This document shows, in pieces, positions 51,107-60,547 of a DNA stretch of 64,000 nucleotides. Made by a program: the position numbers and the translations under genes. The notes beneath the pieces are model-generated. The model saw only the letters and a program-made list of their open reading frames with translations, did no database searches and had not been told where the DNA came from. Source of the DNA: an uncultured Desulfarculus sp. (GTDB lineage Bacteria; Desulfobacterota; Desulfarculia; Desulfarculales; Desulfarculaceae); the NCBI GenBank assembly GCA_963665125.2, contig CAXXUK010000001.1, forward strand, positions 2,816,001-2,880,000, in the 5' to 3' direction. Numbering within the stretch: position 1 is the stretch's first letter; each line of letters begins with the position of its first letter.

Positions 51107-53184
51107 ATGGCCGGTGAGCCGTCCTGGACCATCTTTGAGCCTTCCCCATCGTAGGACACGGTGTAGTATTCTTCATTGAATATGTTCCTGCCCCACAACA
51201 CGGCTTCCAGGTTTTCGCCCCGGTAGCCCAGGCGAAGATCAACCAGGGCGTAGGGGTCTTCCTTCATGTTGTTTTGATAGTCCGCGTAAACCGCTCCGGT
51301 GCCGCTGATGTCCGTCCGGATGAAAAGGCCGCTCCGGTGGGTATACTGCACGCCCAGGTTGGCCGTGAAGTCCGGCACGCCCGGCACCGTCTTGCCGCCG
51401 TAGTCGTTGCGGGTGAGGCCTGAATAATCGCTGTTCCATTCCGTGGCGACCCAATCGTCAATCTTAACGTTGGTGTAGCCCAGCCCGGCCAAAATGTCCC
51501 ATCCCTGGGCAGGCCTGGCCTTTATCTCCAGTTCCACGCCTTGCGAATGGGCCCTGGCGGCGTTGTCTATCTTGGCGGTGATGAGACCCTCGCCGTACTG
51601 CATCTCCATGACCTGCTTGTCGGACATTTCAATGTAGAAAAAGGACAGGTTGACATGGAGTCTGCGGTCAAGCCATTCGGTCTTGACGCCCACTTCGTAG
51701 TTCCAGGTATATTCCGGATCATAGGTGAAGGTGTCCTTGTCAATGGCGGTGCAGTAATTGTAACCGCCGGCCAGAAAGCCCTTGGACACGGTGGCATAGC
51801 CATAGATCGAATCGCTGAAATCATAGCCCAGGGACAACTTGGGCAACAGCTCGTCGTGATCAATGGAGTCGGAAATATTTATTCCAACATCGTGCATGCT
51901 GCCGTCGGCCTGACGCGCGTCAAAGCGCAGACCCGCCGTTACGTGCAAGCGGCCGAAAAGGGTGTAGATGCCCTGGCCGAACAAGGCATATCCGCTGGTG
52001 TCAATGCTGACTGCGGCGTGTTGCCAGATGACGTCATTATTCGTCTTGATGGACGTGTCCTCGGTGAAGCCGTAGGCGCCCACAAGCCATTTGAAGGGAG
52101 AGTTTTCAGCGTCTGAGGAAAGCCGGAACTCCTGACTGTAATAAGTGTCATCGTAGTTCGCTAAGCTGCCGCCGTAGTAATATTGTGGGTCGGCGGTGCA
52201 ATCGTAGTCTTGCAGGTTTTCGTTGCTGTAGTCCCGCCGGCCGGTAACCGAAAGGAACTTCAGGGCTTCACCGGCCCAAGACACCCGCAGATTCTGGCTG
52301 TTTCCGGATTCTTTCTGGTAGTCCCTCGCATCATGGCGGACCTCGTAGAGATCGGTGCGGTAGGGGCCGTTGGCAAAGCGGTAAACGGCGATGCCGTCGT
52401 CGTTTTCCAGCATATCGGCGCTGAACTTGATGTCGAAGCTCTGGTTAGGCGTCCAGCGCAGGATTCCCCGGGCGTTCCTGTGGTCAATTTTGCCCGCCTC
52501 GTCATCATCATAGACCAGATTGGTCGTATAGCCGTCACTCTTCTTCCACAGGCCGTTGACTCCCAGAAACAGTCGGTCCTGCACCACGGGGCCGGCGGCG
52601 CTGAAGCCCATTTCATATTGCGGAGTGTCGCCGCCGGCGCCGGTGTAGGCTCCCAATTCGCCGTAGACCATTGCCCGCGGCTTGTTGTCCGGCTGGCGGG
52701 TGACGATGTTGATTACGCCGGCCAGGCTGTTGCCGCCGTATAGGCTGCCCTGGGGACCGCGCAGCACTTCCACGCGCTCGATATCGATCAGGTCGATCCA
52801 GTGGCCGTAATTCATGGGCACCATCAGATCGTCAACATAAATTGCGGTGGGTGAATAGATGGATGTCTCAAAAGAACTGACACCCCGCATGGTGATCACA
52901 TTTTCAGAGGTGGACTTTCTCATATAAACGTTGGGAGCGAAGCGGGTCAGCTCCATGGTGTTTTCGATGCCTGCGTCCTCCAGCAGAGCACCGGACATCA
53001 CGGTGGCGCTGACCGGTATCTTTTGAACGTCTTCCTCTGTTTTGCGTGCACTCACTATAACCGGGTCCAAAACATTGGATTCGGCTGGTGGGGGAGATGA
53101 AGCCTCCTCTTCCGCCGCACAAACCCAGGCATCGACCCCAATGAAAACTGCAACCAATAATAGATAGCTGATTATCCGGCGCAT
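51076..53184 (-). CDS. TonB-dependent receptor (FyuA-like siderophore receptor class)
   Basis: Signal peptide, DPVIVSARK TonB box, IERVEVLRGPQGSLYG, C-terminal aromatic residue. Confidence 0.94.
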   Translation of the reverse strand: MRRIISYLLLVAVFIGVDAWVCAAEEEASSPPPAESNVLDPVIVSARKTEEDVQKIPVSATVMSGALLEDAGIENTMELTRFAPNVYMRKSTSENVITMRGVSSFETSIYSPTAIYVDDLMVPMNYGHWIDLIDIERVEVLRGPQGSLYGGNSLAGVINIVTRQPDNKPRAMVYGELGAYTGAGGDTPQYEMGFSAAGPVVQDRLFLGVNGLWKKSDGYTTNLVYDDDEAGKIDHRNARGILRWTPNQSFDIKFSADMLENDDGIAVYRFANGPYRTDLYEVRHDARDYQKESGNSQNLRVSWAGEALKFLSVTGRRDYSNENLQDYDCTADPQYYYGGSLANYDDTYYSQEFRLSSDAENSPFKWLVGAYGFTEDTSIKTNNDVIWQHAAVSIDTSGYALFGQGIYTLFGRLHVTAGLRFDARQADGSMHDVGINISDSIDHDELLPKLSLGYDFSDSIYGYATVSKGFLAGGYNYCTAIDKDTFTYDPEYTWNYEVGVKTEWLDRRLHVNLSFFYIEMSDKQVMEMQYGEGLITAKIDNAARAHSQGVELEIKARPAQGWDILAGLGYTNVKIDDWVATEWNSDYSGLTRNDYGGKTVPGVPDFTANLGVQYTHRSGLFIRTDISGTGAVYADYQNNMKEDPYALVDLRLGYRGENLEAVLWGRNIFNEEYYTVSYDGEGSKMVQDGSPAMCGVRITWRY

Positions 53185-53352
53185 GAGACCAGGACCTCCC
53201 AACCATAAGCTGTTTGTGAATGAAACAAGCCCTGTTTGCTTTCTGGTTCTGATCGATATCACACGCCATGCCGCACAGGCGTACCCCAAAAGGTTTATAG
53301 GGGTGCCCGATGCGGTGTTTTTACATCACCCCTGGGCATGTTGCGGAGCTGT

Positions 53353-54480
53353 TCACCGTGGCGAAGATCGGGCCCAAACACCGGTCGGCAGAATTTGATG
53401 GGCAAGTCTGTATTGAGAAGGCGACATGTTGAAATGGCGCGAAAAAGCGCGGGTGAAGTGAGTTCTTTCGGAATATCCCAGTTCGGCGCCGATCTGGGAC
53501 ATGGTCAGGTTGCTGTTGTCAAGAAGCTCGCAGGCCAACTGCATGCGGCACGATGTCAGGTAGCCGAAAACGGTTGTGCCCAGGTGGGAGCGAAAGCATT
53601 TCTTGAGCTTGGTCTCATTGGTTCCGACCATGCGCGCCAGGGACTGGATAGTGGGCGGCGACTGCAGGCGGGACTGCAAGATGGCTTTGGCCAAGGCTAT
53701 GATGTTTTCCACCTCGCTGAGGGTGGATTGCTCCATTTTTTCCTGTTCGCCGTATTCCAGATCATCCATCCGGAATGAGACCAATTCCATGACCTTGCTC
53801 TGGATGAAAAGGCGGTCGGAGATGTTGCGGCAGGGGCAGCGCAACAATTGACCAAGGACTTTTTGCTCGCCGTCAGTGATCGGGCCTTTCCGGTAAAGCA
53901 CTTCATCCTTTGCAGCAGGCATTCGTAAGCATTGCATTTCTCCGGCGCTTTCGCCGGGCGCGCCGAAGTAGCTTTGCAGAAGCTTGGGGCACAGCGTGAT
54001 GTTCACCATGACTAAAGGATCGCCTGAATCATAGCAAGCCTTGCCGCTGGCGCTACTGGACGACACTATTTCGCATTGCCCATTTTGCGCGGTGAATTCC
54101 CGTTGCACCCCGTCCATGGACCATTGCACCCGACCTGATATGCAATAGGTGAAGCCCAGCTGCGGTGGCATACTGTCGGAGATGGTCCACATCTCCCTGC
54201 TCAGCTCGTATTCCTCCAAATACAACAGCATGCCCTTGCGCGGGCACACCGAACGGGAATAACCCTTGCCCCGCCAACTAGGCAGAGGGTAGCTGACGTC
54301 GTGGCAATCGGAGAAAAAAGAATGCTGTTGGACGAACTGACCGGTCATGCTCGGGTTCCGGGAAAAGCATTCGGCCAACGAGGCAGCGTGTGTAGACATA
54401 GGGGCCGGCATGGCTCGGCGAGGAGTGGGGATGTCCTGTTGAGAACAGCGTTGCTTTACTTTTTCGCACGGGGTCAGCAT
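53353..54480 (-). CDS. AraC family regulator (PchR/YbtA-like); start uncertain
   Basis: PPTIQSLARMVGTNETKLKKCFR..GTTVFGYL..RM; GYSERTHFTRAF. Confidence 0.9.
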   Translation of the reverse strand: MLTPCEKVKQRCSQQDIPTPRRAMPAPMSTHAASLAECFSRNPSMTGQFVQQHSFFSDCHDVSYPLPSWRGKGYSRSVCPRKGMLLYLEEYELSREMWTISDSMPPQLGFTYCISGRVQWSMDGVQREFTAQNGQCEIVSSSSASGKACYDSGDPLVMVNITLCPKLLQSYFGAPGESAGEMQCLRMPAAKDEVLYRKGPITDGEQKVLGQLLRCPCRNISDRLFIQSKVMELVSFRMDDLEYGEQEKMEQSTLSEVENIIALAKAILQSRLQSPPTIQSLARMVGTNETKLKKCFRSHLGTTVFGYLTSCRMQLACELLDNSNLTMSQIGAELGYSERTHFTRAFSRHFNMSPSQYRLAHQILPTGVWARSSPR

Positions 54481-54760
54481 GCGCCCAACTCGCTTCCTTA
54501 CGGCGCCAGTCCCACTAGTGTCACTTAACACTCAGCGGGGCGGCCAGTCAAATCCGTGGTTCTTGGTGAATGCGAATAAGGAACCAATTACTTATTTAGC
54601 TATTACAAACTTTGGCAATGATATATCCCGTCCCGGCTCCTGTCAATCATCACCGGCAAGCCGTGCGCCGCGCTATGAGGCAAAGCGGTGGACCCTACTG
54701 CTCGAAGGCTGGGCCATATGCAATTGGGAAAAGCTGAGGCCTATCATATGGTAGTGAAAA

Positions 54761-56056
54761 TCATTTCTTGAGCAGTGAGAGCGGAAGCTCCGTTCGGACC
54801 CAAAAGGGAGAAGCGGGCTCGCCACGCCTGTCTTTGCAAATGCCCGCGATGATGGGGTAATCAGGCGGCACAAAGTCCATACATAAAACAAATGCTAAAT
54901 ACTTAGCCACTTGAAGGGTCTGGCTGGTGATATTACCTTGATGGTCACAGGCCGCCAGCCAGGCCCTGGTGAGGCCTTCTTTTCTGGAGGCACTGGAGCC
55001 GGTTATCAGAAATGCGCCGATGGGCAAGGCCACAACATCCGTGGTTCGACTGTATTCTGAATTGGGTTGGGGTATCTTGGTGTGCCACACTTGATTTCCT
55101 TCTGGGGTGTACTTGCCTATCCAGCCGATTTGAGGTTTGGTCCCGTTGGGAACGTCATAGCTCCCCGCTGATACAAAGTCGCCGTCGGGTATAGGGGCAA
55201 TCGCGCTGCGGGAAACGCTCACCAGGTCCGGCAGCCGCTTCTCCCAAACGATTTCGCCGTTGGGGGCGAACAACATCAGCCAGTCCTGGGACTGGTGGTA
55301 AAGAACCCAGCCTGGTTTGAACCTGTTGCCTATGGCCAGGATGTTGCCGATTGCCAGCCGTGCAACGCTATGGAAAAGGTTAAGCTGATCCTTTTTTTGG
55401 ATATGCTTCTCCCAGATGACCTTGCCTCTGCGGTCGAGCTTGGCGAGATATGCTTTCTGAGTACAGTTTTCGACGAGAATGGTGCCTGCTACAGCGTATC
55501 CGTCGGCCAACAGGGTGAAAGAAAAAGGCACGCGGCTTGCATCTGTGGCTTGTGTTGTTTCCCGCAAAATTTTGCCTTGCGGGGTTATCTCGGCCATCCA
55601 CCAGCCGCTTGCAGGTGGGGATTGAGGACAATGCATGACCGGCTTGCTCTGTTTTGTGCCGAGGACAATTACATTGCCGTTGGACAATCTTTTTACATCA
55701 TTGACTGAGGAGACACGTTTCCCTAAATCCTTTTCCCATACCTTGTGGCCTTTTTTATCCACCCCTATGAGCCAGCCGCTGTCTTTTTGGTCTTTGGGGC
55801 GGACAACCCAGCCGCCCACGACTGCGCTACCATTGGGTAAGGGCGCAACGGCATTAGGCAGAGTGTTTTCCTTGGTGGGGCAGGCCATCTTGTAGTCGCC
55901 GGGGGCATAAGCTTTGCGCATTTCCTCGAGTTTCGGGTCAATGACAACATGCCCACAATGCGCAGGCGTAATAATCAAAAAAACCTCGGCGGCAAGGATT
56001 ACCATAAGCGCAAGCGCGCCGCCCAATATCCATTTAGATGATTTCTTTACAGGCAT
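54761..56056 (-). CDS. Membrane-anchored/secreted beta-propeller-like repeat protein
   Basis: N-terminal TM and repeated WLxxxDxxGxxxWEK units. Confidence 0.7.
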   Translation of the reverse strand: MPVKKSSKWILGGALALMVILAAEVFLIITPAHCGHVVIDPKLEEMRKAYAPGDYKMACPTKENTLPNAVAPLPNGSAVVGGWVVRPKDQKDSGWLIGVDKKGHKVWEKDLGKRVSSVNDVKRLSNGNVIVLGTKQSKPVMHCPQSPPASGWWMAEITPQGKILRETTQATDASRVPFSFTLLADGYAVAGTILVENCTQKAYLAKLDRRGKVIWEKHIQKKDQLNLFHSVARLAIGNILAIGNRFKPGWVLYHQSQDWLMLFAPNGEIVWEKRLPDLVSVSRSAIAPIPDGDFVSAGSYDVPNGTKPQIGWIGKYTPEGNQVWHTKIPQPNSEYSRTTDVVALPIGAFLITGSSASRKEGLTRAWLAACDHQGNITSQTLQVAKYLAFVLCMDFVPPDYPIIAGICKDRRGEPASPFWVRTELPLSLLKK

Positions 56057-56272
56057 GCTCGCCCCCCTTGGTGATCGATTCTGATTTGACAGCATAAACC
56101 AGGGGGCTGTGGAACCATGCTTGCATCTCAGTTTTGGGTGTGGATTTGGGTGTGGATTTATTCCAAAACATGCCAAAACTGGCAAAAACCTGCCAAAATT
56201 GCCTTTTTCAATTGATCTTTATTATCAACAACTTCCTAAGATATGAGGAGGTTAGGAAGCTCGGAATCGTGT

Positions 56273-56328
56273 ACTTAAAATCCCCAGCATGTAAGGGCGT
56301 ACGAGTTCGAGTCTCGTCCTGGGCACCA
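56273..56328 (+). repeat. attR: copy of the tRNA-Leu 3' half
   Basis: 56 bp identical to 35989-36044 except one base (gcct vs gcat). Confidence 0.95.
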
Positions 56329-56359
56329 GTTATTTCAGGCAGTTATGGAGATGGCCACA

Positions 56360-56983
56360 TCAGGCGGTGTGGCCGTTTTCAATTCGTGACTGCTGTAGCC
56401 ACGCCAGTTGACGGTCATGCATGCGCGATAGCAGAACCAAGGCCAACACCGCGCCCAACAAAGCCAGGCCCATGTCCGATTGGGTGTCCCAGATATAACC
56501 CTGGGTGCCCAGGAAATCTTCGGCCGCCGCGCCGGTCCAAACCGCCACGCCCCACTCCACCAGTTCATAGGCGGCGCTGATGGCCAGACTGATGCACAAA
56601 CAGGTGGGGGCCAGCCAGCGCCGGTCGTTGAGCACATTTTGCCGTAATAGCACCTCGCGGGCGATCATGGCCGGCACGAAGCCCTGAGCCAGGTGGCCCA
56701 GCTTGTCGTAATTATTGCGCTGCCAGTTCATGACCGCGCTCAGGTAATCAAACAAGGGCACCCTGGCGTAGGTGTAGTGACCGCCCACCATCAGAATAAG
56801 GCAATGCGCCCAGATGAGGCCGTAAAGCAGGGACGTGGGCCTATGGCGTTTATGGATGGCAACCAACACCGCGGCATATGCTAGGGCCGGTACCACCTCC
56901 AAAAACCAGGTGAAATAATCGTAGGGCCGCACCAACGACCAGACTAATACCGCCAAAAAACTTACTACATAAAAAATCAGCAT
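56360..56983 (-). CDS. DUF2238/YjdF membrane protein
   Basis: TWFLE, GGHYTYARVP, RNNYDKLGH, YELVEW, FLGTQGYIWDTQSDM. Confidence 0.9.
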   Translation of the reverse strand: MLIFYVVSFLAVLVWSLVRPYDYFTWFLEVVPALAYAAVLVAIHKRHRPTSLLYGLIWAHCLILMVGGHYTYARVPLFDYLSAVMNWQRNNYDKLGHLAQGFVPAMIAREVLLRQNVLNDRRWLAPTCLCISLAISAAYELVEWGVAVWTGAAAEDFLGTQGYIWDTQSDMGLALLGAVLALVLLSRMHDRQLAWLQQSRIENGHTA

Positions 56984-57092
56984 ATTCAACCAGACCGAAA
57001 AAGTCGCCCCCCCCATTGCCGGGTCGGACGTAAACATCACCAGGCAATGGTTTCAACAGTTAGACCCGTGCCGTGGCGCCCCTGGGTTATTC

Positions 57093-57120
57093 TTGACAGC
57101 ACCATTTTTTACCGTATATT
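57093..57120 (+). promoter_or_regulatory. sigma70-like promoter for the rsgA-paralog leader
   Basis: TTGACA-N16-TATATT. Confidence 0.6.
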
Positions 57121-57156
57121 AAGGATTCTCTGAAATAGCAAAGCAAAGAGGGTTTT

Positions 57157-57228
57157 TTGTTTAAAAAATCAATGGATATTGTGTCAATCGTTGCCGCCAA
57201 GCGGATCAACCCGCCGGTAGCTGATTGA
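57157..57228 (+). CDS. Putative leader peptide MFKKSMDIVSIVAAKRINPPVAD
   Basis: AGAGGG RBS, TTG (or ATG 57172) start, located inside a long 5' leader. Confidence 0.35.
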   Translation: MFKKSMDIVSIVAAKRINPPVAD

Positions 57229-57448
57229 TCATAGTTCTGCGCTATCCTGAAAACCTGTTCAGCCTATTCCCAGCAGATCTCTGATTGAGAATCCACCGCT
57301 ATAGTTGTGTCCTCCGTCGGCAACGCCACCCAGTCAAACACATCAAAATCATTTAAAGCGACGGTGGTCAGCGCGCCGCGCCCTGTGCGGCTTGATGCGC
57401 CAGCCAACCAGCCGAGATACTTATGTCAAAGATGGGTAGGGCTCAACA

Positions 57449-58549
57449 ATGAGCATCAGTCAAAATATAAATGAAATAGCCAACACTCAGCGCCTGTTAC
57501 AGATGGGATGGTCTTCCCATTTTCAGACACAACTGGAGCAGTCTTTCAACGACGGCTTTATCCTGGCCAGGGTGGTGGGGGTCAGAAAAAACAGCTTTCG
57601 CACCAGCGATGGCATAAACGAATGGCTCGCCACCCTGAGCGGAAAGCTCAGGCATGACGCCAATGGCATTTATCCGGTCACGGGGGATTGGGTTTTTATG
57701 ACCGACTCCGTGATCTCCAGGGTGCTGGTGCGAAAAAACGCCTTGTCCAGAGGCGCTTCGGGCACGCATAACAAACAGAATGCGCAGCCGCAAAAGGAAC
57801 AGGTGATTGCCGCCAACCTCGATACCGTATTTATCGTTTCCGGTCTTGACCGGGATTTCAACCCGCGCCGCATAGAACGGTACTTGACCCTGGTCTACAA
57901 CTGCGGCCTGAATCCCGTCATTATCCTGACCAAAGCGGATCTGCACCAGGAACCGGAGCAGTTCGCCGACGAAGTGGAGACGGTGGCCTTCGGTGTTCCC
58001 ATACACCTGGTTTCGGTATCGGACGACACAAGCCTGGCCTCTCTGGAACAATATCTGTCTCCGGGCCGAACCGTCACCATGGTGGGGTCTTCCGGCGCGG
58101 GCAAATCCACCCTGGTGAACCGACTGTATGGTGAAAGCGTCCAGCTCACCGGTTCCATAAGCGCCCATGTGGGCAAGGGCAGGCACACCACCACCACCCG
58201 TGATCTGATCATGATGCCCCAGGGGGGAATGGTGATCGACAATCCAGGCATCAGGGAAATCGCCTTCTGGGATGCCGATAACGGGATCGAAGCGGCGTTT
58301 CCCGAGATTGAAAAGCTAGGCCAGGGATGCCGTTTTACAAATTGCAGCCATACCCACGAGCCCGGCTGCCGGGTCCTCGCGGCAGTGGATGAAGGTGCAA
58401 TCTCCGGGCACAGGCTGGAAAACTACCGGAAAATGAAACGTGAACTGGAATATCTGGCCCAACGCCGGGACAAAAGCGCCGACCGCGTTGAAAAGGAGCG
58501 CTGGAAAGAGATCGCCTTGAAAATTAAATCCATGAAAATAGATAAATAA
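57449..58549 (+). CDS. rsgA: Ribosome small subunit-dependent GTPase A paralog (long form)
   Basis: PVTGDWV, TKAD, GSSGAGKS, GRHTTT, DNPG, CRFTNCSHTHEPGC. Confidence 0.9.
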   Translation: MSISQNINEIANTQRLLQMGWSSHFQTQLEQSFNDGFILARVVGVRKNSFRTSDGINEWLATLSGKLRHDANGIYPVTGDWVFMTDSVISRVLVRKNALSRGASGTHNKQNAQPQKEQVIAANLDTVFIVSGLDRDFNPRRIERYLTLVYNCGLNPVIILTKADLHQEPEQFADEVETVAFGVPIHLVSVSDDTSLASLEQYLSPGRTVTMVGSSGAGKSTLVNRLYGESVQLTGSISAHVGKGRHTTTTRDLIMMPQGGMVIDNPGIREIAFWDADNGIEAAFPEIEKLGQGCRFTNCSHTHEPGCRVLAAVDEGAISGHRLENYRKMKRELEYLAQRRDKSADRVEKERWKEIALKIKSMKIDK

Positions 58550-58565
58550 AATTGGCGAGATTATG

Positions 58566-58621
58566 ATTTAAAATCCCCAGGGTGTACGCCCGCGCTAGTT
58601 CGGGTCACGTCCCTGGCGCCA
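58566..58621 (+). repeat. Diverged tRNA-Leu 3' fragment (att of an older tandem islet)
   Basis: atttaaaatcccca-gggt-gtac-gccc..gttcgggt..ccctggcgcca, colinear with the tRNA 3' half. Confidence 0.8.
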
Positions 58622-58631
58622 CAATGACAAC

Positions 58632-58664
58632 AAGGGGTTAGCCGTCCGGCTGGCCCCTTTTTTT
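58632..58664 (+). terminator. Terminator homologous to the one after tRNA-Leu
   Basis: aaggggttagcc / ggctggcccctt followed by a T run. Confidence 0.85.
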
Positions 58665-58729
58665 ACCCTAAACGTCTGGAGCTAGTCATGGAGGCAGCTA
58701 GGCAACCGTCCCGGACGGTAAGCCGAAGG

Positions 58730-59356
58730 CTACTCAGCGGGACGATATATACGCAGGGCCCTTTCCAGGCGGTCGGGCGACACATAGGGCAGCAGCAGGG
58801 CGAAGACCTGGTAGTTACCCTGGTCAAAGTCGGCCTGGCTGACATCGGCGTCTTTCTTATAGGATTGCAGATAGCGCACCCAGTTGGTGGCCACGATCCA
58901 GGAGTTGTAGACCAGGGCGTCCAGGGTCATATCATCGTTGGGCCCGGTCAATATGCCCTCGTCGATCATGCTCTTGTACAGATGGCGCATGGTGCGCAGG
59001 GTGTTGCCGCGCATTTGAAGAAAGCGCTGTTGAAGCTCATCGTCCGCCTGCAGCAAACCAACCAAATCGGCATAGAAAAAGCGGTATTTCCAGATAACCT
59101 TCATTGATTGGAGCAAATAGGCGGACGTGACTTCCAGCGCCAGGTCATCGCCGGGCGGCACCATGATCCGGGCCATGTCGGCCTGGATGAGGTCGAACAC
59201 GGCCCGGATTATGTCTTGTTTGTTCTTGAAGTGATAATAAAGGTTTCCGGGGCTGATGCGCAGATGCTGGGCGATCTTGTTGGTGCCCACCGTGGCGGCG
59301 CCATTGGTGTTGAAAAGCTCGATGGCCGCGTCTATGATCCGCTCACGGTTGCTCAT
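58730..59356 (-). CDS. TetR family regulator
   Basis: RERIIDAAIELFN..TNKIA..ISPGNLYYHFKNK. Confidence 0.92.
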   Translation of the reverse strand: MSNRERIIDAAIELFNTNGAATVGTNKIAQHLRISPGNLYYHFKNKQDIIRAVFDLIQADMARIMVPPGDDLALEVTSAYLLQSMKVIWKYRFFYADLVGLLQADDELQQRFLQMRGNTLRTMRHLYKSMIDEGILTGPNDDMTLDALVYNSWIVATNWVRYLQSYKKDADVSQADFDQGNYQVFALLLPYVSPDRLERALRIYRPAE

Positions 59357-59370
59357 TTGCCCCTTCTTTA

Positions 59371-59904
59371 CTACCCCTCGATAAGTTCCAGCCGCGCCTG
59401 CTGTTGCATGTCCGTGAAACGCTGGACCTGTTGCCTGTCGGATATCAGGGTGCGCAGCATGATCAGGCCTTTTTTATCCGGCGTATTGACCACCCTCGTT
59501 CCTGGAGGGGCCTCGCCTTTCCAGCCCGGACCGGCCAAAATCAGGTCCAGTGGTTTACCGCCAAAGTCCCTGTCGCTGATGGTCAGGTAGTTCGTGGTAT
59601 CGCCGGAGTATAGGGCCACAGACCAATATGTGTCAACCTGGGGCATGCGCAGGCGCAGGGCCTTGCCCTCCAGGTCGTAGACGCAAAAGCTGTATAGCAG
59701 GTCCGGGCAGGTCATCACCACCACCTGGTTGGAGATGTTGTTGGGCTTTCCGTGATACAGCTTGTTGTACTCGCCCCCGGTCTTCTGCATGATCCGTCCC
59801 TGGGCCAGATTCATCAGCACATCGGGGAAAAGCCATACCGTGACAAAATGGGCGGCAACAGCCAGGACTACGAAAGCCACGACGTATTTGACTATCCTTT
59901 TCAT
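59371..59904 (-). CDS. DUF1254-like membrane-anchored protein
   Basis: VV..PDLLYS..YDL..YWSVALY..TNY; N-terminal TM. Confidence 0.75.
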   Translation of the reverse strand: MKRIVKYVVAFVVLAVAAHFVTVWLFPDVLMNLAQGRIMQKTGGEYNKLYHGKPNNISNQVVVMTCPDLLYSFCVYDLEGKALRLRMPQVDTYWSVALYSGDTTNYLTISDRDFGGKPLDLILAGPGWKGEAPPGTRVVNTPDKKGLIMLRTLISDRQQVQRFTDMQQQARLELIEG

Positions 59905-60479
59905 GGGCAACTCATCCTTACTACCCTGGGCAACCGGGCCTTGGAGGGATCGTCATACACGCTCTTGCCCGGATGGTACATGCGCATGAGCAAATACAAC
60001 TGCTGGTCCGCCGTGCCCGTGGGCACCCAGTCTCCCTGGGCCTTTTCCGGAGACAGGGTCACGCTCCAGGAACCGTCGGCGGAGCGTTTGACGCTGTTGT
60101 GGTCGGCCGAGTAGATGCCATCGGGGTTGTCGATGAGCATGAAATCGCCGCCGTACACCGTCATGGACCACCAGCGGGTGTCCGGGTCCACGCCGTCGAC
60201 ACGGTATGTGCAGCGGGCGTTGAGCTTGCGGCCCTGGTCATCGTAGCTGGTGACGTAATACAAGGTCTCGCTGGGGTTGAGGGCCAACAGGCCGCCCATG
60301 GCGATGGTGGCCTTGGAATACATGCCGTCGGCCTCGCTGCCAGCATTGGTGTTGACCACCCATCTGCCGTTGGCCAACCAGTTGGCCTCGGCATGGCGTT
60401 TGAGGATCCAGATCGTGGACCCCACGCCCACGACAAGGGCCAACACCACGGTCAGCAGCCATGCCAGTATTTTTTTCAT
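59901..60479 (-). CDS. DUF1214-like membrane-anchored protein
   Basis: GLLAL..ETLYY..DDQG..L, WWSMTVY, DWVP, LLMRMYHP. Confidence 0.8.
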   Translation of the reverse strand: MKKILAWLLTVVLALVVGVGSTIWILKRHAEANWLANGRWVVNTNAGSEADGMYSKATIAMGGLLALNPSETLYYVTSYDDQGRKLNARCTYRVDGVDPDTRWWSMTVYGGDFMLIDNPDGIYSADHNSVKRSADGSWSVTLSPEKAQGDWVPTGTADQQLYLLMRMYHPGKSVYDDPSKARLPRVVRMSCP

Positions 60480-60547
60480 GGCTTCTTCCTTTCTCAGTCA
60501 GTTTGGTCTCCGGCCCGCACACAGCCGATGCGGGCCGGAGCTGTTTA

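Larger units (their letters stand above)
36045..56328. mobile_element. Genomic island integrated in tRNA-Leu
   Basis: tRNA 3' half (35989-36044) repeated at 56273-56328; integrase remnant; IS3 copies; AT-richer cargo. Confidence 0.9.
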
